Source of the DNA: the human T2T-CHM13v2.0 reference genome, Homo sapiens
Length of the DNA stretch: 64,000 nucleotides
Strand: one strand, 5' to 3'
Assembly (NCBI RefSeq): GCF_009914755.1
Contig: NC_060933.1
The notes below the pieces were generated by a model. That model was not told the DNA's origin. It did not search any database and was given only the letters and a program-made list of their open reading frames with translations. The position numbers and the translations under genes were made by a program. Positions 1-16,730 of the stretch are shown here, one piece after another (positions within the stretch are counted from its first letter, which is position 1; the number at the start of each line of letters is the position of its first letter).

Positions 1-330
1 ATGGATGAGCCTTGAAGACATCATGCTACATGAAATAAGGCAGACACAAAAGGACAAATATTGTATGACTCTATTCATATGAGATACTCAGGTTAGTCAC
101 ATTTATAGAGACAGAGAGTAGAATGGTGGTTACCAGCAGCTGAGGGAAGGAGGGGGTGGGGAGTGATTGTTTAATGGGCACAGAGTTTCAGTGTGGAATG
201 AAAAAAAAAGTTCTGCAGATGCAGTAGTGATAGTTGCACAAACATGTGAACATACTGCTACTGAACTGTACCCTTATAAATGGCTAAAATGATAAATATT
301 CTGCTATGTATATTGTATCACAATAAAAAA
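1..330 (+). mobile_element. Old L1 (L1MB-like) 3' end
   Basis: atggatgagccttgaagacatcatgct…gacaaatattgtatga…cacaataaaaaa, typical L1M 3'UTR. Confidence 0.75.
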
Positions 331-1686
331 GAACTTCTTATTTCAACACTTGGTGGATCCTTGTAATGTATACATCAGAGCATTTTGGATAATCTGGCCT
401 TAAATGTCACAGGATGGTCAACACCAAGGAAGGGAGACAAAACAGACTGTGATGGGAGCTGCCATCTTTTATTTCTTTGACAGAAATATGAAGCAAATGG
501 AGCAAATGTGAACATGTAATCATTCTGGCTAGCAAGTCCTTGGGTGTTTATTTTATTCTGAATGCTTGAAATGCCTTGTGATCAATGTTTTGTAAAAAGA
601 AAGATGCTGTCACAGTCAGCGTGAACCTTGTCCATCCTTCGTTTTTACCTCAATTTGATGGAAGATTGGTAACTAGTCAATGGGGGGAAAAAGTTAACTT
701 TTCCATTAGAGTTTATTTCTGCTGTCTCAAATCCTTCTGGATACAGGTGGGCCCCATGATGAGTTTTGAGCAGCACGAGGTGTTGTGGAACAACAGTCAT
801 TATTAAACAGGGAAAACATGCACATGTGGCCCTCCTGGGAGGAGCTCAATGCGTGAGCTCCTGGAAACGCACAGTCTAGCCTTGGCTCTCCACTTGCATG
901 GCACCCACATTCCAAGAAACTACCCAAACTCTCAAGTCTCAGTTTTTACACCTATAAGATGGGGGCAATACAGCAAGTAGCTCATGGGGTTGACTCAAGG
1001 CTCAGCAAAAACACTGAATATGTGGAATGGCTTTGTAAACTCTAAAGTTCTACACACCACTTAGAAGTTGGAGTGATCATTCCCAGGCAAATGGCAAGGC
1101 ATCAAGGCTGCAGTAGCTTTGGTATCCACATGTGTGTATTAATGTGTGTATGAAAGCTATATATAAACATGGCAGAATAAAATGTTTTATAGGTGGTCAG
1201 AACTCAAAACGAATAGACAAAACACACCCTAGAGGTCATCTCATCCCTCCCCTCATTTCACAGATGAGGAAACTGAAGTGTGATTCCCAGTCCTGGCTGG
1301 CTCTTCTGGATTCTGCCAGATGTGGACAGTTTCGGAGGCCCGATGAACCAGAACAGGCCAGAACAGATGGTCAGTGAGGTCAGCCACTCACCGCCCATAA
1401 TCTCAGCACCAAGGAGTCTATGCTCACCTCAAGTATTTATCCTAATGGACTTTCTGGGGAAAGCAAATGGAGGCAGTCAGTAATATTATAAATGGCATTT
1501 TAAAGTGACAAAAGCATGGAAAAGAAATAATGTAATAGATCTTCCTCACAAGGGAAAACAATTTACATGCTCCTTAAGTGGGTAGAAAGACCCTTTAGTG
1601 CACTGATGGAAGATTTACTAAGAAAATTTATAAATGCCTAGGTTTCCTTCTGGAACTGCAGTTATCTCTTGTTTAAAACAGAGCCA

Positions 1687-2034
<348 letters not shown>

Positions 2035-2708
2035 CTACATTTCTGCAAAATGATTTCCTTTTTTCTATTAATCTCCTTTATAAAAATAGAAGTACATTCT
2101 TCTGGGAAAGGAATAACTCTTAATTCCCAATAAAATACACTCACACACACAACACACTCACATACACACAAAGAATGGCAGGGGGTGCCCCTGGGGGCCT
2201 AATCTGCATATTGGGCCAAGTGAGGCAGCCACCAGGAGTCTGATTTGCTGAAAGCTCTGGGCATCCTGGGAGGGATGGGGAGAGATGGGTAATGATGGGC
2301 AGGGGAGGTTAGAAGGCTGCCCCTCACCTGGAAGGGAGCCCCAGGAGGGCAGGAGACACAGATTGACAGGGAGTGAGGAGTGCTGTGAGCAGGCACCAAC
2401 GGCTGCTGGAAAGGAGGTAAGGAAGGACTGGGCTCCCTAAAGGCCAGGGCCTCTGGGGCTACCCAAAGGGGAAAACTCTCCCTGTTTCTGGAGCAGCGGA
2501 TCCAGGACCTGGCCAAGGAACAAATCCACAAGGAGCCGAAGACATTCGGCATGGAGAGAATGGATGGGTCAGAGCCCCTGGAATAAATAATCTGCGATAA
2601 GAGGCTTGGAGGCAATAGTTGTTGACTTGACACCTCCTCCCCACCCCCGCTACAAGAACTGGTGTGGCCCATCCATGTGAGTTCGTGCCAGAAAGCATGT
2701 CCCTGAAG

Positions 2709-2890
2709 CAGTGGTTCTCAAACAGTGGCCCCTGCACCAGTAACACCAGCACCATCTGAGAACTTGCTAAAAATGCAAACTCTCCAGCTCTACCCAGAAC
2801 TACTGAATCAGACACTCCAGGGTGGGGTCCAGCACCCTGTGTTTCAACAAGCTCTCCAGGTAATTCTGATACATGTTTAGAGAACCACAT
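2709..2890. mobile_element. MER5A-like hAT DNA transposon
   Basis: Terminal inverted repeats cagtggttctcaa…gagaaccac; internal tactgaatcaga. Confidence 0.75.
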
Positions 2891-3068
2891 TCTAAACAAA
2901 GCAGGATAAGTTTTAAGTAAATGATTGATAATTGTGAGAAAAAAATTTTAATGGCTTGGATATTTTCCCCTCGGTTAGGAGACCAGAATGTATTAACTGA
3001 GCAAGGCAATTAACAAAGGGTGATTAAGACTAGGAACCACTGCCCCCCCCCTTCCCCGCCCCCTGCTC

Positions 3069-3380
3069 CTTTTTTTTTTAATTAATTAATTTTTTTTTGA
3101 GACAAAGTCTCACTCTTTCACCCAGGCTGGAATGCAGCAGCATGATCTGGGCTCACTGCAATCTCCGCCTCTCAGCTTCAAGCGATTCTCCTGCCTCAGC
3201 CTCCCAAATAGCTGAGATTACAGGTGCCCGCCACCACACCCAGCTAATTTTTGTATTTTTAGTAGAGACGGGGTTTCGCCATGTTGGCCAGGCTGGTTTC
3301 AAACTCTTGACCTCAAGTGATCCACCCGCTTTGGCCTCCCAAAGTGCTGCAATTATAGGCGTGAGCCACTGCACGTGGCC
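3069..3380 (-). mobile_element. AluS
   Basis: Poly-T followed by reverse-complement Alu ending …gtgagccactgcacgtggcc. Confidence 0.95.
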
Positions 3381-4819
3381 AGGAACTATTTTTAAAACAT
3401 ATCACATCTAGAATGAAGGAAGGGACAATCCCTCTCTGTCGTCCATCTCAGACCACACCTTGAGCACTGGGCTCAGTTCTGCTTGCCTTTATCAGGGTAG
3501 CAGCAAAGTGGTTCACACTCAGAGGACAGTTTTAAGTAAATGATTGATAATCTAGGACAGGGACCAAGAACCCTTTAGGGAGACCACAGGCACGGGCTGA
3601 TGGAGAGTGTAAAGGTCACAAAGGGTGAGACCAATGACTCCTCAGGCTCCCATGCAGCTTTGGGAAGCAAACAGCCAAATGCAAGAATGTTAATATTTCA
3701 ACTCAGACTTCAAGTTCTAGGAAGTCCCACATTTTTCATAAAGCTAAGAGCCAGGAGAAATCCATGGCTTTGAGGGAAAGCCAGCAGTGGGGACAGCCTC
3801 ACTCATGCTGAGCAGGAGAAAATGCCGCCAGGTCAGATCAGCTGTCTGAACAGCAGAGACGAGCGCGTCTGCCCACAACCTCCCTCCCAGCTGGTTCACG
3901 GTGCTGTGGTGAAGAGAGTGACAGGGACTTGTCACTCCAATAAAGCCATCACAATGGCTTCGTTCCTGCAACTGACTGAGCACACAACCTCCGTCCACAC
4001 ACTAGACATGGGAGTGCAGTCTTTATCCATGCCTGCAAGACATAGGGGGAGAAGGGGAGGGGTTGGAGGAGGAAAAGGAGATCAGAGAAAAAGGTGGAAA
4101 GCAAATGGAATTGGGAAGGGAGTGCAGGTAAACGGATGACTCGGAAGAATCTTCTCACTCAGCATTTAATTGAGTCCATGTGACCTGTTTAAGCCTAATG
4201 TGGGTCTGCACTGTCCCATCAGGGAGGCTGGTCCCCACTTCTGAGAAGGCCACAGTGCCACTCCACTGCAAGGCCTCCTCCCTGCTCTGAAGCCTGCACC
4301 TCTCCATTAAACACAGAACAGCTGCCAGAGGACGCCGGGTACTGCCCTCTCTCTAGAATCACCCAGCCTTGGGTTTATCAAATCACTGCATGACCCACCG
4401 CTTCAGTGTGTGGGCCAGCCTGTTCTCTCCACCCACACTGTCTCTGCTTTAGGGCCCCAAGACTGTATCTGCATGCCCTGCCAGGCTCCTAACCCCTGCA
4501 ACTCCCTGCTACCCACAGGTAGGGCCAGTGAACCCCTGGCTCCTATGAATCCCCCCGCTTGGCACTGGACACTCCTGCCCTCCATGGATGCAAGGTGAGG
4601 GGCCTGAGGTCAGGAGCCCTGGGGTGCAGCCCCCAGTCAGCCTGGAAAGGGACCTTCTCTGACCTCAGGCTCTCAATCTGAGCTCTTGCTTCATTCCTGG
4701 GACTGAAATTCTCTCATGCCCAGTCACTGCCTGGCTTCTGAACTTGAGTACCTTTCCGAGCAGCCACTCACCACTTTGGATTTTCCAGAATGGGCTCTGT
4801 TTGTCCCTACCAGTCCCAC

Positions 4820-5530
4820 TACTTCATTCACTCACTTATTCACCCACTCATTCATTTCTGATATTGACATCTCTTCTGTTTCAGGAACCGTCTGAGGTAG
4901 GACTGGGCCTCTAAAGACCAAAACTGTTCACTGTCCTGGATCTCTGTCTAGTGAGGGCAAGAGGCATTCATCAGCTGACTGTCCCAGGGAATGTGTAAAT
5001 GTTCACTGAGACAAGGACGCTCAAGTTCAGGGGCAGGCTCCTGGGAGAGGCTGTAGCAGAGAAGTCAGCCCCAGGCCAGGAGGTGGGGCAGGGAAAAGGA
5101 TTCCAGGCCGAGGAGCAGCATGTGTACTTCCTGTGACGGGAGGGAGCTGGTGGAGAAACTAAAAGAATGTCCTAGCGGGCTTAATGCAGAGCCTAAAGCA
5201 GGGCTTGAGGGAGGCTGTCGGAATGAACTGAGAAAGAGGTGGGTGAGGGCAGCCCACACAGGCCTTCCAGTTCACGTGAAGGATCAGGTCTCGGCCCTAA
5301 GCACAGTGGTAACCCATGATGAAGTTTTAAGTGATGGAGTGACATTATTAGAACTATGATTTGAGACAGTTGCTCAGGCTTCTGTGGGACCTCTGAGGGG
5401 CAGGGACATGAGGGGAAGAGGAAGGGCAGGGAGGGGCTCCAGCAATGGTCCGGGCGAGGGATTCTGGAGGCTAGATGATATGATATGGGAGGTGGCAAGA
5501 AGTGATCGGCTTGGGGGTACATTCAGGACA
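4820..5530. mobile_element. L2 fragment (degenerate)
   Basis: ttcattcactcac tail repeats and purine-rich L2-like body. Confidence 0.5.
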
Positions 5531-5541
5531 ACTAATAATCT

Positions 5542-5725
5542 GTATTAGTCATCTACTGCTGTGCAACAAATTATCCCAAAACGTAGCAGCTTAACCAATA
5601 CACATCCACTGTCCCCCACAGTTTCCATGGTGAGGAATGGGGAGCAACTTAACTGGGGGTTTCTGGCTCAGGGTCTTTCAGGAGGTTGTGGTTAGGATGC
5701 TGGCTGGGGCTGCCGTCACCTAAAG
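5542..5725 (-). mobile_element. MLT1 (MaLR) LTR fragment; followed by a MER5-like element at ~5740-5880
   Basis: tgtattagtcatctactgctgtgcaacaaattatcccaaaacgtagcagcttaa. Confidence 0.65.
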
Positions 5726-7337
5726 ACTTTGGGACTACATGTTGGAATCACCTGGGGAGTTTTAGAAACTGCTGATGCCCTAACTGCCTCCTAAACCAAT
5801 CAGAACCTCTGGGATAGGACCCAGGCATCTGTATTTTTAGAGCTTTCCAGGAGTTTCCAATGTGTAGCTAAAGTGGCTACTGATTGGGGTAAGAGCAACA
5901 GAATCATCAAGCTTACAGCTGGGTTGCCAGCCTGTCTGAAAACCCCCGAGCCCCCTGTCCCCATCTCCTCCAGACCCAGGGCACCAGGATTGCTCCCCTG
6001 CTCTCTCCTGCCCCCTCTAGTAGGTACATCTCATCTTTAATCCTCAGGCCCTTCTACTCCTGGCCCTTAGCACCCCGAGCAGAACCTGACTATGGCAGAG
6101 GAGAAAATGGAGAGAAGGAAAGGAGGCAGGAAGACATGAGACAGAAAGCAAGAAAGGGAGAAGAGAGAAGCAGAATATTGTTATAGCAACTTGCTACTGC
6201 ATTCAGACCACGTGTCCCACACAGAGAAGGCTCCCATGGGCAAGTGAAATTCACAGCCAGTGGCTGGAGGCTGCAGAGAGCTCCAGAGATCTCAAGGCAC
6301 TCAGCTTCTATGGCCAGTAGTTCCCCAGACAACTTCCCTAATGAGGCTACTGCACCAGCAGAGGAACCATCCAGAAAGGCACAGATCCAGGTAAAGATGG
6401 GGAGAACCAGGGCTGCACCACATGCACTTTACAACTCTTTGAAAATTCTAATTAGGTTACGAAATGAACTTGAGAGCAAAGCGAATTCTCAGCTCTCCTA
6501 TGGAAGCTGAGGTAACCTACTTTGTCATTCAAATGCACTTGCTATATATAGCCATGAATTGTGCCGAAATGTCACTCCTCTTACCTGACTAAAGTGTATA
6601 ATTATAGATTTACTTCTATTCATTCATGAAATGTGTCTTCACTTGATTAAACAGTTCATTCAAGGAAAATCCATTAAAATATGGAACATGTTAAAATGTG
6701 GCTCCTTAGAGGCAGAGGGCACCGCTGTAGCTAAGATGCTAATTAGGATAAACAGGCATTTGAAACACTCAAATCTTTGAATAATTCAGGCCACTTTTAC
6801 TGGGGCTGGAGCTCCCCAGGAACTGCCATTAATTTAAGCTAATTAAAAAATTAGCCTGGAGAGGTGTAGACCAAAGCCGACTTCAAACACAGGAGAGCTG
6901 TCATGTAGAGGGGGGGCACCAGGTTCTGCGCACCCCCGTGGTGCTGGAGCACCAACAGGTAAGATGGTTCAGGAAATTAGATTTTGGCCCAATGCCAAAA
7001 AACCCCATAGCTTTCTAATGACGGAGAAGGTGGCTTTGATAGATAGTGAGGTCTTTCAAAGAATTGGGGCATATGCTTAAAAACTTATCCATGTGGTGTA
7101 TTTCTGCCTGTCCAACCTGATGTGCATTCATTAAGAGAGCATTCCTTCTGAGAAATGGAGCCACCTACTTTTTAGATTTCTACAAATAAGTTCGCTCTTA
7201 ATCATCTGTAACCAGATTTGAAAGTAAGTGAAAAAAATGTAAAGGGCAAGTGTGTAACTGAATATGTATTAGATCTGCTGCACAAGGGGAATAGCTGTAC
7301 TTGGGGAATGCCTGTGGGTATATATCCAGCTGTATCC

Positions 7338-7338
<1 letters not shown>

Positions 7339-7381
<43 letters not shown>

Positions 7382-7395
7382 ATGTGCGTGTGTGA
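7339..7395. repeat. (TG)n microsatellite, ~21 perfect units
   Basis: Direct sequence. Confidence 0.98.
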
Positions 7396-7419
7396 CCCAT
7401 GCATGTTCACAGTGCAGAG

Positions 7420-7866
7420 CCAGTGGCTTGAAATGTGACCTCCAAAAAAGATAGGTCTAAGTTCTAACCCTGACAACTTGTGAATGTGACCTCATTTGGA
7501 AAAAGGGTCTTTGCAGACGTAATTAACTGAAGGATCTTGGGATGAGATCATCCTGGATAAATCCAATGTTAAGGATTCTTATAAGAGAAAGGCAAAGGGA
7601 GACTTGGGGCACAGAGACATGAAGGGGAAGTCCACGTGAAGACAGAGGCAGAGGGTGGAGTGATGCATCTGCCGGCAAGGAGCACCTGGAGCCACCAGAA
7701 GCTGGGAGATGCAGGCAAGGATTCTCTCCTAGAGACTCCAGGGCAAGCCTGCTGACACCTTCATTTAGGACCTCTGGCCTCCAGAACTATGAGACAATAC
7801 ATTTCTGTTGTTTTAAGCCACCTAGTTTGTGGCGATTTGTTTCGGCAGCCACAGGAAACTAATACA
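7420..7866 (+). mobile_element. MLT1B/C-like MaLR solo LTR
   Basis: gtgaatgtgacctcatttggaaaaagggtctttgcagacgtaatt…ctggcctccagaactatgagacaata…aggaaactaataca. Confidence 0.85.
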
Positions 7867-9070
7867 CCTGGGGCAGGTTCCCATGGAGAAGCCTGGGCTT
7901 CCTATCCAATCTAGATGCTCACATCACATGTCAAGGCCTCTGGAATGGAACCCCAGTTTCCCTCTATTTGATGGCACCATTTGTCTGTCCCAAAGATATA
8001 TGGTATTTCTTACATCTCCAGAATTACCAAAAGCAGGGAAACAAGTGGAGGACCATACGCTGTGCATCGTGGAAATGTGGGTGCCTGGGACAGGGGCGCT
8101 GGCCTCATGGAGCTTCAGTGGAGGGCTCAGGAGTCTGCATCACTGACTTTGAGTTGACTCGCAAAGAGATGACCATGAGTATGGGGGCTGTAACATTTTC
8201 TTCCCCATGGACGTGTCAGCTCCAGGAGGGAAGCACTTGGTTTGTTTTGATCTCAGGATCCTGTGTAGTGCCTGGCATATAGTAGGTGCTCAGAATTGTG
8301 GTGAATGAGAGCATGGATGAGTGCATGCTGAGGCTGCACCATGGCCACCCACTCTTAGATGGAGGAGGTTAATATTCCAAGCCCACTAGACCCATCTTGA
8401 GCTGGTCTCGCAGGGATGAGGCAACTTCGCAAGGGCTGGGCTGCATGCTGAGGCTGAAGACCCAGTCTGCAGACACAGGGGTGAGTCCCAGGGGCAGCGC
8501 TAGCTGGAACTCTATCAGGGCCCCAATGAAGGAAGAAATCTGGGGAGAGCTGTGGTGCTCTGGGGGCACCCCTGTGGGGACATATGGGGCCTGAGGGCAG
8601 CTGGAGTTCCCTGGGGACAGTTCCCTGCCTCTCTCACAATGGCAGAGAGTGTCAGGCACCTGTGACCTGAGACCTGCCCAGCTACACACATCAAGACCTC
8701 ATGGCAGCTCCTACCTGCTGGGAGTCCAGCTGGCCTACATGGCAATTGGGAGCAGAGATCCCACCTGGTAGAGCTACAGGCCCTCACACCCAACCCACAA
8801 TGCCAGCTGTCAGCACTATCACTGCACTATGAAAGTCCTCCAGAGGGAGGGCAGGGAGGCTGTAGGCTGCTCCTCTCCCCAGCCCACCACTGCTCCTCGG
8901 AGGCCTGTCTCCCAGAACCACATACTGTAGGGGAGAAACGCACCCTCGGCCCAATTTCAAGAAGGCAACTGGGGCTGCTCTGGCTTTCAAATCAAATCAA
9001 ATCCCTCTTTCGATCAGCCAGGCTGATGGAAAACTGATTTCTCAGTTTTAGAAATTCCAAAGAATCATCA

Positions 9071-9551
9071 GTGATGGATAGAGTCATGCCCTTCCCCCAA
9101 CAATGTCCATGTCCAAATCCCTAAAATATGTTACCTTATGTGGCAAAGGGGACTTTGCAGACAGGATGAAGTTAAGGATGTCAAGATGGAGCAACCATCT
9201 GGGATTATCCTGGTGGCCCAACATGATCCCAAGGGTCTTTATAAGGGAAGGAGGGAGGTAGAAAAGTCAGAGTCAGGGAAGAAATTTGTTCAAAGATGCT
9301 CTGCTGCTGGCTTTGAAAGTGGAGGAAGAGGCCAGGAACCAAGGCTCACGGGCAGCATCTAGAAGGTGGGAAAGGCAAGGAAACATTCTCCCCTAAAGCC
9401 TCCAGAAGGAACCAGTCAAAATCAAGAACACCTTGATATTGACCCAATGATTTTGAACTTCTGATCTTCAGAACTATAAGATAATAATTTGTGTTGTTTA
9501 AAGCCACTAAATTTATGATGATTTGTTGCAGCAGAACAGGAAACTGATACA
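9071..9551 (+). mobile_element. MLT1D-like MaLR solo LTR
   Basis: atgttaccttatgtggcaaaggggactttgcag…gaactataagataataatttgtgttgtttaaagccact…aggaaactgataca. Confidence 0.85.
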
Positions 9552-10151
9552 ATAAGCTTTCACCCTGAGATCCCATACATCTTGAAATGCCAACATGCTG
9601 TTTGAAGCCTTCCCTTGTTCCCAGGCTAGCAGTGACTTATCCTCTGAACTCCACAGTCCTGGGCTCAAGATCCCTCTTCTCGGCTAAACAGAATGAATGT
9701 CCTGATATCTCACACACCTTCCATCTGGGACACCTCTTGGCCCTCCAGATGCCTAGCACAGGGGCTGCCTGAGGAAGCAGGACCAGGTCCAAGCACCTTT
9801 CTTGGATAATGCACAAAAATTTCCTGTTGGGCATCCCCAACCATCAGTCTTCCCTTTGGCCCTCATTTTCCAAGGACCTCACCCACTCTAGGAGCAGTCG
9901 GTGAAGTCAGGCTATGCTGAGCTGTTGGGGAATGAAATTAGCCATCAGACCTTATTGCTTTCCTTGTGACAAACTGCCCATTGCTTTAATTGTTCCAGAC
10001 TCGAGGGACCAAACCAATGTTTACAAAAACACTGGGTATTAATAAAACAGGGAGGCTATATAGTTAAGGTGATGAATAGAAACGTCTATAGGAAATCAGC
10101 AATATGCAAAGTGAGCCTCTGACACCAAACTAGAAGACGGATATTAAGAAA

Positions 10152-10571
10152 TCACACCTGAGAGCACCAAAGCAAGCCCACTTCAAAACCATTCCCTGGG
10201 GAGGAGGAGCCAAGATGGCCGAATAGGAACAGCTCTGGTCTACAGTTCCCAGCGTGAGCGATGCAGAAGATGGGTGATTTCTGCATTTCCAACTGAAGTA
10301 CCGGGTTCATCTCACTGGGGAGTGCCAGACAGTAAGTGCAGGACAGTGGGTGCAGCCCACCGTGCGCGAGCCAAAGCAGGGCAAGGCATCGCCTCACCAG
10401 GGAAGTGCAAGGAGTCAGGGAATTCCCTTTCCTAGTCAAAGAAAGGGGTAACAGACGGCACCTGGAAAATCGGGTCACTCCCACCCTAATACTGCGCTTT
10501 TCCAACGGGCTTAAAAAACGGTGCACCAGGAGATTATATCCCGCGCCTGGCTCGGAGGGTCCTACGCCCAT
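10152..10571 (-). other. L1 ORF0-derived antisense open frame (139 codons) starting at a new ATG
   Basis: MGVGPSEPGAGYNLLVHRFLSPLEKRSIRVGVTRFSRC resembles the C-terminal part of primate L1 ORF0. The canonical ORF0 start (~10652) is GTG and is followed by an in-frame TGA. Confidence 0.6.
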
Positions 10572-11235
10572 GAAGTCTCACTCATTGCTAGCACAGCAGT
10601 CCGAGATCAAGCTGCAAGGCAGCAGCGAGGCTGGGGGAGGGGCGCCCGCCACTGCTGAGTTAGTTGTTTGATTAGGTAAACAAAGCGGCAGGGAAGCTCG
10701 AACTGGGTGGAGCCCACCACAGCTCAAGGAGGCCTGCCTGCCTCTGTAGGCTCCACCTCTGGGGGCAGGGCACAGACAAACAAAAAGACAGCAGTAACCT
10801 CTGCAGACTTAAATGTCCCTGTCTGACAGCTTTGAAGAGAGTAGTGGTTCTCCCAGCATGCAGCTGGAGATTTGACAATGGGCAGACTGCCTCCTCAAGT
10901 GGGTCCCTGACTCCCGAGTAGCCTAACTGGGAGGCACACCCCAGTAGGGGCAGACTGACACCTCACACGACTGGGTACTCCTCTGAGACAAAACTTCCAG
11001 AGGAACAATCAGGCAGCAGCATTTGCGGTTCTCCAATATCCATTGTTCTGCAGCCACCACTGCTGATACCCAGGCAAACAGGATCTGGAGTGGACCTCTA
11101 GCAAACTCCAACAGACCTGCAGCTAAGGGTCCTGTCCGTTAGAAGGAAAACTAACAAACAGAAAGGAAAGCCACACCAAAAACCCCATCTGTACGTCACC
11201 ATCATCAAAGACCAAAGGTAGATAAAACCACAAAG
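10200..11235 (+). promoter_or_regulatory. L1 5'UTR: internal sense promoter (YY1 site caagatggcc intact) and antisense promoter region
   Basis: YY1 motif at 10211-10220; SOX-type aaacaaa at ~10678 and ~10778; homology to the L1 5'UTR. Confidence 0.85.
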
Positions 11236-12252
11236 ATGGGAAAAAAACAGAGCAGAAAAACTGGAAACTCTAAAAATCAGAGCACCTCTCCTCCTCCAAA
11301 GGAACACAGCTCCTCACCAGCAACAGAACAAAGCTGGATGGAGAATGACTTTGACGAGTTGAGAGAAGAAGACTTCAGATGATCAAACTACTCCGAGCTA
11401 CAGGAGGAAATTCGAACCAATGGCAAAGAAGTTAAAAGCTTTGAAAAAAAATTAGACGAATGGATAACTAGAATAACCAATGCAGAGAAGTCCTTAAAGG
11501 ACCTGATGGAGCTGAAAACCAAGGCACGAGAGCTACGTGACGAATGCACAAACCTCAGTAGCCAATGCGATCAACTGGAAGAAAGGGTATCAGGGATGGA
11601 AGATGAAATGAATGAAATGAAGTGAGAAGAGAAGTTTAGAGAAAAAAGAATAAAAAGAAATGAACAAAGTCTCCAAGAAATATGGGACTATGTGAAAAGA
11701 CCAGATCTATGTCTGACTGGTGTACCTGAAAGTGACGGGGAGAATGGAACCAAGTTGGAAAACACTCTGCAGGATATTATCCAGGAGAACTTCCCCAATC
11801 TAGCAAGGCAGGCCAACATTCAAATTCAGGAAATACAGAGAATGCCACAAAGATACTCCTCGAGAAGAGCAACTCCAAGACACATAATTGTCAGATTCAC
11901 CAAAGTTGAAATGAAGGAAGAAATATTAAGAGCAGCCAGAGAGAAAGGTCGGGTTACCCACAAAGGGAAGTCCATCAGACTAACAGCTGATCTCTCAGCA
12001 GAAACTCTACAAGCCAGAAGAGAGTGGGGACCAATATTCAACATTCTTAAAGAAAAGAATTTTCAACCCAGAATTTCATATCCAGCCAAACTAAGCTTCA
12101 TAAGTGAAGAAGAAATAAAATCCTTTCCAGACAAGCAAATGCTGAGAGATTTTGTCACCACCAGGCCTGCCCTAAAAGAGCTCCTGAAGGAAGCACTAAA
12201 CATGGAAAGGAACAACTGGTACCAGCCACTGCAAAAACATGCCAAATTGTAA
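11236..12252 (+). pseudogene. L1 ORF1p (338 codons) inactivated by two CGA>TGA nonsense changes
   Basis: ATG GGA AAA AAA CAG at 11236 and TAA ending 12252 (1017 nt); in-frame TGA at 11380 (codon 49) and 11623 (codon 130). The ORF track shows the C-terminal part (…RPALKELLKEAL…). Confidence 0.93.
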
Positions 12253-12315
12253 AGACCATCAAGGCTAGGAAGAAACTGCATCAACTAACGAGCAAAATAA
12301 ACAACTGACATCATA

Positions 12316-16345
<4,030 letters not shown>

Positions 16346-16730
16346 AAGAAAATGTGGCACATACACACCATGGAATACTATGCAGCCATAAAAAATGATG
16401 AGTTCATGTCCTTTGCAGGGACATGGATGAATCTGGAAACCACCATTCTCAGCAAACTATCGCAAGGACAAAAAAACAAACACAGCATGTTCTCACTCAT
16501 AGGTGGGAATTGAACAATGAGAACACATGGACACAGGAAGGGGAACGTCACACACCGGGGACTGTTGTAGGGTGGGGGGAGGGGGGAGGGATAGCATTAG
16601 GAGATATACCTAATGCTAAATGACGAGTTAATGGGTGCAGCACACCAACATGGCACATGTATATATATGTAACAAATCTGCACGTTGTGCACATGTACCC
16701 TAAAACTTAAAGTATAATAATAATAATTAA
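16346..16730 (+). mobile_element. Original (older, L1PA3/4-type) 3' end of the full-length L1
   Basis: Diagnostic bases gagaacacatgg, cacacaccgggg, gctaaatgacgagttaatggg, cacgttgtgcac; followed directly by the outer TSD. Confidence 0.82.

Noticed and set aside
1402-1422. REST/RE1-like site ctcagcaccaaggagtc
   Set aside because: The left half matches but the right half (GGACAG) is poor; too weak to call without ChIP data.
3744-4139. Possible processed pseudogene or next GABBR2 exon
   Set aside because: No frame matches GABBR2 or any protein I recognise; no polyA tail or TSD.
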